From positions 2,177 through 66,176 of the forward strand of contig CANRHX010000003.1 of the NCBI GenBank assembly GCA_947630545.1: a stretch of DNA of 64,000 bases, read 5' to 3'. Of the stretch, positions 17,828 through 28,020 are shown piece by piece. The notes under the pieces are model-generated. The model had not been told where the DNA came from. It made no database searches and saw nothing but the letters and a program-made list of their open reading frames with translations. This DNA comes from an uncultured Clostridia bacterium (GTDB taxonomy: Bacteria; Bacillota; Clostridia; TANB77; CAG-508). Made by a program: the position numbers and the translations under genes. Position 1 is the first letter of the stretch. Each line of letters begins with the position of its first letter.

Positions 17828-19785
17828 TATATACTTTCCTTTAAATCTCCATCAATATAAGCTTTAAGTAGCATTTTTAAATCATCAATTTGTTCTTGCA
17901 AAGTAGAACCAATATCAGTATCTTTAACACATTTTCTACTCTCTACATATTGTTTTAAGATAGTTTGACTCTTAATATCCAATCCATCCAAAATAGCCTT
18001 ATTTTTAGACTCAAAAGGTTCATTAGCAGCTAAGACAAGACCATTAGAATTGTAAGTTAATGTGTAACCAGCAAGACCAGTAGACTTTTGATATGATTTT
18101 GCAAAGCCACCATCAATAACAATACATTTTCCGTTTGCTCTAATAGGACTTTCTCCATCTTTAGCCTTTACAGGCATATGCCCATTAATTATATGTCCAT
18201 CCTTTGTAGGAAGTCCAAAGTTTTTAAGAATTTTATCACAAATTTTTTCATCATCTAAATAATAGTAATAAGGATTTTTTACTTCAACATGAGTTTTTTT
18301 ATCATCAATAAAGTATCTTTCTAAAGTAGCAACTTTATCTTTACCAAATAATGGAGATTTTGGACCACCCCATAAATACCACATAAAATCAACATCATCT
18401 TGATTTTCAGAAGATTTACCAAAGAATGCTCTATGAGCAATAATTTCCATATAATCCATAAGTTCTTTGCCTTTTACTCTTTTACCCATTATTTCCAATT
18501 CGTCAAATTCGCCATTTTCATCTAAAGGTACGCAACCATGGAATAATAAATTACCATTATATTTTTGGTACATATGACCTTTTGAATATAAAAATGTAAC
18601 ATGGTCAATTAATTTTTCACTATTTACAAAAGATTCTTTTAATCTATCTATAATTTCTTGTTCTTGTTCTGATAATCTAAAAGGATCGTTTTTATCAATG
18701 GTAGGGAAGTAACTATCATTTAATTTGTAAGTATTATTTCCAATTGTTATTTGTGCATTGTCATAATCTATTTTATCTAATAAAAGTCTATCATTCATAT
18801 TATATTCAGGATGTCTTTTAATTAAAGCTCCTTCTAACTTAAATTGTATTACCGCAATTGCCTTTTGTATTTTAGACATTAGTATTTTATCTGAATTAGA
18901 GTATCTTGATAATTCACATATTTTAGGTAAAAATTCTTTACAAGGATCATCTTTGTATGTTTCTTGGGCAAATATAGAAAGGGGTCTTATATTAATACCA
19001 TAACCCTCTTCAAGAGTTGATAAATTGTCATATCTACTACAAATTCTAACTACATTTGCAATTGAACATTCATTTCCACAAGCAGCACCCATCCAAAGTA
19101 TATCATGATTTCCCCATTGTATATCTATTGAATGAAAATCCATTAGTCTATCCATAATAATTGGAGCACCAGGACCTCTGTCATAAATATCACCAATTAT
19201 ATGAAGATGATCTATTGCCATTCTTTTTATCAAAACAGAAATTGCTATAATAAATTTATCAGCTCTATTTAAATCAATAATACTATCTATTATTTGACAG
19301 TAGTAATTTTCTTTATCATATACATTATCATTTTGTGCATGTAATAATTCATCAATAATGTAATCAAAATTTTTTGGCATTGCTTTTCTAACTTTTGAAC
19401 GTGTATATTTTGAACTCACTGCTCTAGCTACGTCTATTAATCTATAAAGCATAATTCTGTAGTATTCATTCATATTTTTATTTTTACTTTTTTCTAAATC
19501 TAATTTTTCTTCAGGGTAATATATTAAAGTTGCTAAATCTTTTCTGTCTTCAGCTGTTATTGAGTTACCATATATGTCCTCAATCTTACTTTTTATTATT
19601 CCAGAACCGTTATTTAATATTTGAATAAATGCTTCATATTCACCGTGAACATCACTCATAAATAATTCAGTTCCTTTAGGTAAATTTAAAATAGCCTGAA
19701 GATTTATAATTTCAGTTGTCACTTCATCAATGTTCTTATAAGTTTTACTAAGTAAAGTTAAGTATTTCCTATTTAGCTCATCCAT
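17827..19785 (-). CDS. fbp: Fructose-1,6-bisphosphatase class 3
   Basis: 652 aa. 'MSDVHGEYEAF', 'HIIGDIYDRGP', 'WGNHDILWMGAA' (metallophosphoesterase core) and length are typical of Firmicute class-3 FBPase. Confidence 0.9.
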   Translation of the reverse strand: MDELNRKYLTLLSKTYKNIDEVTTEIINLQAILNLPKGTELFMSDVHGEYEAFIQILNNGSGIIKSKIEDIYGNSITAEDRKDLATLIYYPEEKLDLEKSKNKNMNEYYRIMLYRLIDVARAVSSKYTRSKVRKAMPKNFDYIIDELLHAQNDNVYDKENYYCQIIDSIIDLNRADKFIIAISVLIKRMAIDHLHIIGDIYDRGPGAPIIMDRLMDFHSIDIQWGNHDILWMGAACGNECSIANVVRICSRYDNLSTLEEGYGINIRPLSIFAQETYKDDPCKEFLPKICELSRYSNSDKILMSKIQKAIAVIQFKLEGALIKRHPEYNMNDRLLLDKIDYDNAQITIGNNTYKLNDSYFPTIDKNDPFRLSEQEQEIIDRLKESFVNSEKLIDHVTFLYSKGHMYQKYNGNLLFHGCVPLDENGEFDELEIMGKRVKGKELMDYMEIIAHRAFFGKSSENQDDVDFMWYLWGGPKSPLFGKDKVATLERYFIDDKKTHVEVKNPYYYYLDDEKICDKILKNFGLPTKDGHIINGHMPVKAKDGESPIRANGKCIVIDGGFAKSYQKSTGLAGYTLTYNSNGLVLAANEPFESKNKAILDGLDIKSQTILKQYVESRKCVKDTDIGSTLQEQIDDLKMLLKAYIDGDLKESI

Positions 19786-19944
19786 AAAATCCCTCTTTTC
19801 TTAATACTATATTTATTTTTATACTAATTTTATATTCCAACTGAAATTATATCACACAATAAATGAACTCTGCAAGTTTTAACAAAAAATTGACAATACA
19901 TAATAAAATTTGATAAAATATTGCCAAATAAAAGAGGTCAAAAA

Positions 19945-20740
19945 ATGAAATATATAAACAAAACGAAATTAGAAAAAATAAAATTAACAAAAACTAATTT
20001 TTATGTAGCAATAGATTTTGACAAAACAATAACATCAAAAACAAGTTGTGATTCTTGGGACGCAAGTGGTCTAAAATTAGGAGAAGAATTTAGAAAAAAA
20101 TCTAATGAATTATATAAAAAATATGCACCAATCGAACTTGACTATACAATTAGCTTTGAAGAAAAAAATAAAGCTATGGAAATTTGGTATAGAAGTTGCA
20201 TGGATTTATACTATGAATATAATTTAACTTTAGAAAAATTAAAAAAATCTATAAATGATAGTAATTTAATATTTAGGTTAGGTGCTAAAGATTTTTTAAA
20301 TGATATGTATAAAAATAATATTCCAGTTATAATTCTATCAGCTGGAATAGGAAATGTAATAGAGCAATTTCTAAAAAACAATCAATGTTATTATGATAAT
20401 ATTGATATAATAAGTAATTTTATTTCATTTAATGAAAATGGAAATATGAAAGAGCACAATTCCGAGATAATTCATACTTTAAATAAAACTATTGAAGGAC
20501 ACATAACCAAAAAAATCAGCAATAAAATAAGTAATAAAGAGTATAGATTACTTTTAGGAGATTTTGTTGAAGATAAAAAAATGGTTCCACAATCTGAATG
20601 GAATAAAACAATATCTGTGCGGTTTTTTAGATAAAAAAGTTGATGAAAATTGTGAGGTATTTAAACAAAATTTTGATATTGTTTTAACAAATGAAGACGC
20701 ATCTTTTAAAGTGGTTGATACTTTGATTTTAGGCATATAG
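19945..20740 (+). pseudogene. UMPH-1/pyrimidine-5'-nucleotidase-like HAD hydrolase, interrupted by a 1-nt frameshift
   Basis: 'FYVAIDFDKTIT' HAD motif I, 'IPVIILSAGIG', 'LLLGDFVEDKKM'. The reading frame stops at 20634 (..TISVRFFR*). The +1 frame from 20621 continues 'GFLDKKVDENCEVFKQNFDIVLTNEDASFKVVDTLILGI*' (stop 20738-20740). As I recall it, that matches the C-terminus of this family (..KIGFLNDKVEE..YDIVL..DE...VV..L). Confidence 0.7.
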
Positions 20741-20756
20741 TAAAAGGGGTAATTTA

Positions 20757-21857
20757 ATGGAAAGAGAAAAGAAAATTATAAAAACAAGTATATTAGGAAT
20801 ACTAGTAAACTTGATTTTAGTTGGATTTAAGGCAATTATTGGATTTATAGTAAACTCTATTGCAATAGTATTAGATGCTGTAAATAACTTAACAGACGCA
20901 ATTTCTTCAGTAGTAACAATTGTAGGTACAAAATTTGCAAATAAAGAGCCAGATAAGGAACATCCTTATGGACATGGTAGAATTGAATATTTTGCATCAG
21001 TAATAGTATCATTTATAGTGCTTTTTGCAGGTATAATAGCTTTAAAAGAATCAATTTTAAAAATAGTTAATCCATCTGAAACTGACTATTCAATTGTATC
21101 ACTTATAATTGTAGCAGTTGCAGTTGTAGTTAAATTTGTATTTGGTAGATATGTAAAAAAAGTTGGAAGAAAAGTAAATTCACAAAGTTTAGTAGCCTCA
21201 GGTGAGGATGCTTTTATGGATTCAATTTTATCTCTTTCAACATTGATAGCAGGAATAATAAATTATGTTTGGCATTTAACAATAGAAGGATATATAGGTG
21301 TAGCTATTTCAATTATAATTATTAGGTCAGCAATTAAAATATTGAAAGAAACTTTAAATATCATGATAGGACAAAGAGAAGACAAAGAATTTACAGATAA
21401 AATAAAAGAAAAAGTTGGTTCTTATCCAGAGGTTCAGGGTACGTATGATTTAGCGCTTCATAATTATGGACCATCTAAAACAATTGCAGATTTACACATA
21501 CAAGTACGAGATGATATGACTGCACAAGAAATACATACATTAACTAGAGAAATTACGGTAGATTTGTTTAATGAGTTTGGAATTTTTACTACTATAGGTA
21601 TTTATGCGGCTAATGATGATAGTGAATATTCAGAAATCAAACAAGAGTTAGCTAAAATTGTACAAGAATATAAATATGTTAAGCAAATTCATGGATTTTA
21701 TGCAGATAAAAAGAATAATAAAATATATTTTGATTTAATTATTGATTTTGAATGTGAAGATGCTGAAGAACTTAAAAATAGAATAATAAGAAGGCTCGAA
21801 AGTAAATATTCTAAATATAAATTTTATGTACTTTTAGATGCTGATATAAGTGATTAA
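20757..21857 (+). CDS. Cation diffusion facilitator (CDF) family transporter
   Basis: Six TM segments, 'DAVNNLTDAISSVV', 'HPYGHGRIEY', C-terminal cytoplasmic domain. Confidence 0.9.
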   Translation: MEREKKIIKTSILGILVNLILVGFKAIIGFIVNSIAIVLDAVNNLTDAISSVVTIVGTKFANKEPDKEHPYGHGRIEYFASVIVSFIVLFAGIIALKESILKIVNPSETDYSIVSLIIVAVAVVVKFVFGRYVKKVGRKVNSQSLVASGEDAFMDSILSLSTLIAGIINYVWHLTIEGYIGVAISIIIIRSAIKILKETLNIMIGQREDKEFTDKIKEKVGSYPEVQGTYDLALHNYGPSKTIADLHIQVRDDMTAQEIHTLTREITVDLFNEFGIFTTIGIYAANDDSEYSEIKQELAKIVQEYKYVKQIHGFYADKKNNKIYFDLIIDFECEDAEELKNRIIRRLESKYSKYKFYVLLDADISD

Positions 21858-21982
21858 CGTTTAATTTAAGAGGAGGAAAATTTTTATGGCTAACAATTGT
21901 AATAGTTCATAGATATTATATAAATTGTTGTAAAATTATTATTTATAGAAAAGAAACAAAAATTAAAAGGAGAGGAAAAATT

Positions 21983-22624
21983 ATGAGTAAACAAGAAAAT
22001 GTAGTGGAATTAAATCATCCATTAATTGAACACAAATTAGCAATTTTAAGAAGTAAAGAAACAGGAACAAAAGAGTTTAGAGAGCTTGCAAATGAAATTG
22101 GAGTATTCCTATGCTATAAAGCAATGGAAGATGTTAAACTAGAAGAAGTGGAAATAGAAACACCAATCTGCAAAATGAAAACAGGAAAATTAAATGAAGA
22201 TAAATTTGCATTTATTCCAATACTAAGAGCTGGAATGGGAATATTAGATGGCGTAATAAACGTAATCCCTAATGCTAAAGTGGGACATATTGGAATGTAT
22301 AGAGATGAAGCTAATAATCATAAACCAGTTAATTACTTTTTCAAAGTTCCAAAAAATATAGAAGAAAAAGAAGTTATAATTTTGGATCCAATGCTAGCTA
22401 CTGGAGGAAGTGCAATAGATGCAATTGATTTACTTAAAGAAAAGGGAGTAAAGAAGATAAAATTTTTATGTATTATTGCTGCACCAGAAGGGTTAAAGGC
22501 AGTTACTGAAAAACACCCAGATGTTAAGATTTACTGTGCTCATATAGATGAAAAATTAAATGAGGATGCTTACATTGTTCCAGGTCTTGGAGATGCAGGA
22601 GATAGAATCTACGGAACAAAATAG
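21983..22624 (+). CDS. upp: Uracil phosphoribosyltransferase
   Basis: 'HPLIEHKLAILRSKETGTKEFREL', 'ILDPMLATGGSA', 'YIVPGLGDAGDRIYGTK'. Confidence 0.95.
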   Translation: MSKQENVVELNHPLIEHKLAILRSKETGTKEFRELANEIGVFLCYKAMEDVKLEEVEIETPICKMKTGKLNEDKFAFIPILRAGMGILDGVINVIPNAKVGHIGMYRDEANNHKPVNYFFKVPKNIEEKEVIILDPMLATGGSAIDAIDLLKEKGVKKIKFLCIIAAPEGLKAVTEKHPDVKIYCAHIDEKLNEDAYIVPGLGDAGDRIYGTK

Positions 22625-22644
22625 AATATGTTTAGGAGAAAAAC

Positions 22645-23214
22645 ATGATTAAGTACGAAGAGTTATATGAAGAAGTAAAAGGAAAATTATCTGAAAAAAG
22701 ATTTACGCATTGCAAAGGAGTTGTAAAAAGAGCATTAGAATATGCTAAAATTTATAACATTGATAATGAAACAGTAAAATTAGTTGCAATTGCACATGAT
22801 ATTGCAAAAGAATTTTCAGATGAAGAAAACAAAAAATACATACAGGATTTTAATATTGAACTAGATGATATAGAGAAAGTAAATAGAAATTTGCTTCATG
22901 CAAAAATAGGTTCATATATATGCCAAAATAAGTATGGATTTACAGATGATATGGTAAACGCAGTAAAATATCACACAACAGGAAGAGAAAATATGAGCAT
23001 GTTAGAAAAAATAATCTATCTTGCAGATGCCACAGAAGAAAATAGAAAATACTGCTCAACTTACTATGTTGATACTATTAAAGAAAACATTGATAAAGGA
23101 ATGGTTGAAGTAAGCAAATGGATTATTAATAATTTGCTACAAACTAATAGTGTTATTCATTTAGAAACTATAAAATGCTATAATTATTATAAAAAAGCTT
23201 TAATGTGTAATTAA
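22645..23214 (+). CDS. yqeK: HD-domain protein YqeK (bis(5'-nucleosyl)-tetraphosphatase family)
   Basis: 'RFTHCKGVVKRALEYA...AIAHDIAKE...LLHAKIG...YHTTGRENMSMLEKIIYLAD'. Confidence 0.8.
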   Translation: MIKYEELYEEVKGKLSEKRFTHCKGVVKRALEYAKIYNIDNETVKLVAIAHDIAKEFSDEENKKYIQDFNIELDDIEKVNRNLLHAKIGSYICQNKYGFTDDMVNAVKYHTTGRENMSMLEKIIYLADATEENRKYCSTYYVDTIKENIDKGMVEVSKWIINNLLQTNSVIHLETIKCYNYYKKALMCN

Positions 23215-23282
23215 TAGTAATGAACTAAATTATATTCCTTTACATATTATAATTTAAACTTAATATGTAAAGGAGTTATTGT

Positions 23283-24542
23283 ATGAAAAATAAAATATTA
23301 AACATATTTACAGTATTAATGATATTTGCTATTATAATGTTTTTTAACAAAAACGGAAGTATAGCAATAACATCACAATCAAATAGATTATATGAAGGAA
23401 TAGACGTAAGTGATTGGCAAGGTTACATAGATTATGCTAAAGTAAAAGAAAGCGGAATAGAAATTGTATATATCAAAGCAAGTCAAGGTCTTAATTTTAT
23501 AGATCCTTATTTTGAGATAAATTATGAAAATGCCAAGGCTAATGGGCTCAAAGTAGGATTTTATCATTTTTTAACAGCAATAAATAGGCAAGAAGCTATT
23601 CAAGAAGCCAATTTTTTTGCTTCAGTAATATCTGGGAAAAAGCCTGATTGTAAATTGGTTATGGATTATGAACAGTTTGGAGGAGTTGGAACTACTGAAA
23701 TAAATAATATTGCAATTACATTTTTAGATAGAGTAAGAAGTTTAACAGGGAAAGATATAATAGTTTATAGCGATTTATCTAATGCACAAAATACATTTAG
23801 TAGAGAAGTGGCTGATAGATATAGTTTATGGCTTGCGTACTATGGCGATTATAATAGTTTAAGAAATGTTAATACAAGTTGGAATACTTGGATTGGTATA
23901 CAATTTGAAGATAGAGGAATTGTTAATGGCATTAATGGATATGTAGATAGAGACAGATTTACAAATGAAATATTTTTAGGAAATAATAATGAAGAAATTC
24001 CTACAATTAAAAATCCTAATAATAGTAGAAATACACAAACAATAAAGTATATTGTAAAAAAAGGTGATACACTTTGGGCAATAGCAAGAAAATATGGAAC
24101 TACTGTAAATGAATTAGCAGATATAAATAATATTAAAAATCCAGATTTAATATTCCCAGGTGAAGTAATTAGAATTTTAACAAATTCAACAGTAGTAGGT
24201 AGAGAAACCTCTGGTACAGGAAGTATAATCTATACTGTAAAAAGAGGAGATACATTATCAAAAATTGCAAGATTTTATGGTGTAAGTGTAAATCAAATTT
24301 TGCGTTTAAACAATATCTCTAATCCAAATCTTATATTCCCTGGAGAAAAACTAAGAATAACATCAATTTCAATGCCAAATTTTTCAAGATCTAATAATAA
24401 TTATACATTCTATAAAATAAAAAGAGGGGATACATTATATAGAATTGCAAGAAGATTTGGAGTTTCGGTAGAATATATTGTGCGCTTGAATAATATAGAA
24501 AATCGTAACTTAATATTCCCAGGACAAATTATAAGAATTTAA
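23283..24542 (+). CDS. GH25 muramidase with three C-terminal LysM domains
   Basis: '[33 protein letters not shown]' (GH25). Three repeats of 'Y.VK[KR]GDTL..IAR.YG..V..I...NNI.NP.LIFPG..[IL]RI' (LysM). N-terminal signal/anchor. Confidence 0.9.
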   Translation: MKNKILNIFTVLMIFAIIMFFNKNGSIAITSQSNRLYEGIDVSDWQGYIDYAKVKESGIEIVYIKASQGLNFIDPYFEINYENAKANGLKVGFYHFLTAINRQEAIQEANFFASVISGKKPDCKLVMDYEQFGGVGTTEINNIAITFLDRVRSLTGKDIIVYSDLSNAQNTFSREVADRYSLWLAYYGDYNSLRNVNTSWNTWIGIQFEDRGIVNGINGYVDRDRFTNEIFLGNNNEEIPTIKNPNNSRNTQTIKYIVKKGDTLWAIARKYGTTVNELADINNIKNPDLIFPGEVIRILTNSTVVGRETSGTGSIIYTVKRGDTLSKIARFYGVSVNQILRLNNISNPNLIFPGEKLRITSISMPNFSRSNNNYTFYKIKRGDTLYRIARRFGVSVEYIVRLNNIENRNLIFPGQIIRI

Positions 24543-24602
24543 CAAAATTTGAGTTGAAAATTAATAAAAAAGTTAGGAGAATAAAAAGGAGATTACAATA
24601 TT

Positions 24603-25469
24603 GTGTTAAATGAAGAAGATATTTTGCATAGTTTAGAATTTTATCAAATTAAAGATAAAGAATATTATAATAGATGTAAAAAGGCAATTGATGAAATAAA
24701 GAAAACTAATTTAATTGATAATTATGAAAAAATATATAATATATTATATTTAGATGAAAATAATGAAATTAACAAATTATGGCAATATAAAAAAATTCAA
24801 GATATATTTGAAATAAATGTGCCTTTTATAACTAATGTAATGCTTCTATCAGGTTATAAAAAACATATTGAAACCATGAATAGATTAAATTTTAGTCTAA
24901 AGCAAATAGAGATTCAAAAAAAGAGAGTACAAGAATGTTTAACAAAAGATATATATTTAAAAAAATATAATAATATAAGAGTATCACAAATGCTATGGGG
25001 AGCTTATTTTATAAATGGTAAATTAATTGAAGTTGGGAGATTACAATATGAATTAGATAATAATAATATTTATATTCATATCCCTGAAGGAGAAAAACTA
25101 AGTCAAGAAAAAGTTATTGACTCATTATACAATTCAAAAAAATATATAAATAAATATTTTAACATATGTAATTATTCATATTATTGCGAGTCATGGCTAT
25201 TAAGCCCACAATTAAAAAATATGTTAGATAATAAATCAAATATTATTCAATTTCAATCACTTTTTAACATAAAAGAAGGAGAGTCATGTATTGAAGATAT
25301 ATTAAATTTTGTTTTTAATGTCCAAGAAATAAGTAATTATGCGATTTTAGAAGAAAATACAAATTTACAGAAAAATGCAAAACAATTTTTATTAAACGGA
25401 AATGATATAAAAATTGGATTTGGAAAACTAAAATATAAAGAAGTAAAAATTATGTATGAAAAATACTAA
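24603..25469 (+). CDS. Hypothetical protein, possibly DUF5596/GNAT-like acyltransferase-domain family
   Basis: 'GRLQYELD...IHIPEGEKLS...CESWLLSPQL...SNIIQFQSLF' resembles, from memory, the GNAT-like C-terminal acyltransferase domain. Weak call. Confidence 0.35.
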   Translation: MLNEEDILHSLEFYQIKDKEYYNRCKKAIDEIKKTNLIDNYEKIYNILYLDENNEINKLWQYKKIQDIFEINVPFITNVMLLSGYKKHIETMNRLNFSLKQIEIQKKRVQECLTKDIYLKKYNNIRVSQMLWGAYFINGKLIEVGRLQYELDNNNIYIHIPEGEKLSQEKVIDSLYNSKKYINKYFNICNYSYYCESWLLSPQLKNMLDNKSNIIQFQSLFNIKEGESCIEDILNFVFNVQEISNYAILEENTNLQKNAKQFLLNGNDIKIGFGKLKYKEVKIMYEKY

Positions 25470-25541
25470 TTATAAAAAATATGTGTTATAATCAATAAAA
25501 AATAATAGAAAAATAAAATTTATTAAGGAGGAATTGGGAGT

Positions 25542-26516
25542 ATGTGTACAGCAATAACTTATACTACAAATAATCATTATTTTGGAAGAAATTTAGATTT
25601 AGAATATTCATATAAAGAAACAATTACAATAACACCTAAAAATTATGAATTTAAATTTAGGAAAGTAGAAAATATAAAAAATCATTACGCAATTATCGGA
25701 ATGGCATATGTTGCAAATAATTATCCACTTTATTATGACGCTATAAATGAAAAAGGACTAGGAATGGCTGGATTAAATTTTCCAGAAAATGCTAACTATA
25801 AAGAAATTGAAGTTGGTAAACAAAACATAGCACCTTTTGAATTTATACCATATGTTTTATCACAATGTTCAAATATTGAAGAAACAAAAAAATTATTAGA
25901 AAATATAAATATTGTAAACATTAATTTTAGTGATGAATTACCAGTATCTCCATTACATTGGATAATCGCGGATAAAGAAAAATCTATAACTATTGAAAGC
26001 GTTAAAGATGGATTAAAGATATATGATAATCCAGTTGGTGTTCTTACTAATAATCCAACTTTCGATATTCAATTATTTAATCTAAATAATTATATAAGTT
26101 TATCAACTGAACTGCCAGTAAATAATTTTTCAGAAAAATTGAATTTAAAAACATATAGTCGTGGAATGGGTGCAATGGGACTACCAGGAGACTTGTCATC
26201 TGCTTCTAGATTTGTAAAAGCAACATTTACTAAAATGAATTCAAAATCTGGAGATTCAGAATCAGAAAGTATAAGCCAATTTTTCCATATACTAGAATCT
26301 GTATATCAACAAAGAGGATGCGTCCACATGGGAGAAGGAAAGTATGAACTAACTATTTATAGTTCTTGTTGTAACATGGATAAAGGAATATATTATTATA
26401 CAACTTATGAAAATAATCAAATTAGTGCAATAGATATGAATAAGGAGAATTTAGATAGTAGCGAATTAGTAAGCTATGATTTAATCAAGGGACAACAAAT
26501 ATTTATGCAAAATTAG
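25542..26516 (+). CDS. Choloylglycine hydrolase / bile-salt hydrolase family (Ntn hydrolase)
   Basis: 'MCTAITYTTNNHYFGRNLDLEYSY' with the Cys2 nucleophile; 324 aa. Confidence 0.85.
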   Translation: MCTAITYTTNNHYFGRNLDLEYSYKETITITPKNYEFKFRKVENIKNHYAIIGMAYVANNYPLYYDAINEKGLGMAGLNFPENANYKEIEVGKQNIAPFEFIPYVLSQCSNIEETKKLLENINIVNINFSDELPVSPLHWIIADKEKSITIESVKDGLKIYDNPVGVLTNNPTFDIQLFNLNNYISLSTELPVNNFSEKLNLKTYSRGMGAMGLPGDLSSASRFVKATFTKMNSKSGDSESESISQFFHILESVYQQRGCVHMGEGKYELTIYSSCCNMDKGIYYYTTYENNQISAIDMNKENLDSSELVSYDLIKGQQIFMQN

Positions 26517-26534
26517 AACACGAAAGGGTAACAA

Positions 26535-27203
26535 ATGAAAATAACCAAGAAAAAAATAATAGAATTTACGAAAAAAAATCTAAAATGGATTGTACTATTC
26601 ATTTGTGTGATAGGTTTTATAGCAATAGCACAAAATGTATTTGACAAAGAAATTATGAATGCAGATATAATAGGTTATAAATTAGTATCTACATATTTAA
26701 TATCAGATTTTACAATACCAATAGCAAAATTTATTACTAACCTTGGAGGAGCAACATTTGTAGTTGTAGTTGCACTAATTCTTTTAGTAGCAATACATAA
26801 TAAGAAAATAGGAATATCTATTTGTTCTAATTTAGTAATTGTAACAGGAATTAATTTATTATTAAAAAATATTTTACAAAGACCTAGACCAACAGAATAT
26901 AGGCTAATTGATGAAAGTGGCTATAGCTTTCCATCAGGACATTCTATGATTAGTATGGCTTTTTATGGATTTATAATATATTTAATATATAAATATGTAA
27001 AAAATAAATATTTAAAATGGCTTTTGATTACAATGTTAAGTATTCTAATTGTAGCAATTGGTGTTAGTAGAATTTATTTAGGCGTTCACTACACAAGTGA
27101 TGTATTAGCAGGATTTTTAATATCAATATCTTATCTAGTTATTTATGTTGGTATTATTAATAAATTTATATTAAAAGGAAATAATTATGAAATTGAAAAA
27201 TAA
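26535..27203 (+). CDS. PAP2-family membrane phosphatase (BcrC/undecaprenyl-diphosphatase-like)
   Basis: 'KNILQRPRP', 'SFPSGHS', 'SRIYLGVHYTSDV' PAP2 motifs; multiple TM segments. Confidence 0.85.
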   Translation: MKITKKKIIEFTKKNLKWIVLFICVIGFIAIAQNVFDKEIMNADIIGYKLVSTYLISDFTIPIAKFITNLGGATFVVVVALILLVAIHNKKIGISICSNLVIVTGINLLLKNILQRPRPTEYRLIDESGYSFPSGHSMISMAFYGFIIYLIYKYVKNKYLKWLLITMLSILIVAIGVSRIYLGVHYTSDVLAGFLISISYLVIYVGIINKFILKGNNYEIEK

Positions 27204-27576
27204 AAGAAAATTAAAAGTAAAAACAAAAAAGATAGCAAATAGTTTTAAATATGCCTTTGAGGGATTTTTTACCTCTTTAAAAACAGAAAGAAATATGAAA
27301 ATACATATATTAATTATGCTTATAGTAATTGCAATGGGATTTATTTTTAAAATTAGTATATTGGAATGGTTTATATGTATTATTTTGTTTTCAATTGTAA
27401 TTGCAGGAGAATTATTTAATACAGCAATTGAAACAGTTGTTGATATGATAACACCTTATAAAAATAAAAAAGCTAAAATAGCTAAAGATATTTCAGCAAG
27501 TGCAGTGCTTGTATTGGCTATTGGTTCTGCAATAATAGGAATGATTATATTTATTCCAAAAATATTTTTTAACTGA
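27187..27576 (+). CDS. dgkA: Diacylglycerol/undecaprenol kinase DgkA
   Basis: 'FKYAFEGFFTSLKTERNMKIH' and 'ELFNTAIETVVD' DgkA motifs; overlaps the PAP2 gene end. Confidence 0.85.
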   Translation: MKLKNKRKLKVKTKKIANSFKYAFEGFFTSLKTERNMKIHILIMLIVIAMGFIFKISILEWFICIILFSIVIAGELFNTAIETVVDMITPYKNKKAKIAKDISASAVLVLAIGSAIIGMIIFIPKIFFN

Positions 27577-27619
27577 TTGCCTAGAATAAAAAAAACATAG
27601 TTAAAATTTTATAAAAATT

Positions 27620-27769
27620 TTAATTTTCTATTTCTATATTTTTAAAATGAGGTACAATATATTGATTTATCATATAAATATATCTATAATAAGTGGATTC
27701 TTTTAGTGTGATTTTCTTAAACTTGAGCCATTCTTATATTATTTCATTTAATGTTTTTTCTTTTTCCAT
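27620..27769 (-). pseudogene. Remnant of a tyrosine integrase N-terminal (SAM-like) domain; in-frame TAA and truncated
   Basis: The minus-strand reading gives MEKEKTLNEII*EWLKFKKITLKESTYYRYIYMINQYIVPHFKNIEIEN*. 'W....KK..LKESTY..Y...I...I.P.F' resembles phage-integrase N-terminal core-binding domains. It is only 50 codons with an internal stop. Confidence 0.4.
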
Positions 27770-28020
27770 GTTTACATTCCTTCTTTCATTTTTTTATTTT
27801 TTAAGAAAAAAACTATTATGATTTATTACATAAAATTTTTTCTTTTTATTGACATTTTTTTAATAAACAATTAAAATTTAAGTAGTTGTTAAAAGTCATA
27901 AAGTGATTTATTTTACGATGAAGTAAAAATCAACCAAAAGTACAACAATATCAATTAAATTATACGATATTGTATAAACAATTTAAATAACAATCAAAAG
28001 AAAAGGGAGGAAAAAGCAAA

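Noticed and set aside
20554-20736. 60-aa minus-strand ORF
   Set aside because: It is antisense to the frameshifted 3' end of the nucleotidase gene, and the sense frame has a clear family-like C-terminal sequence.
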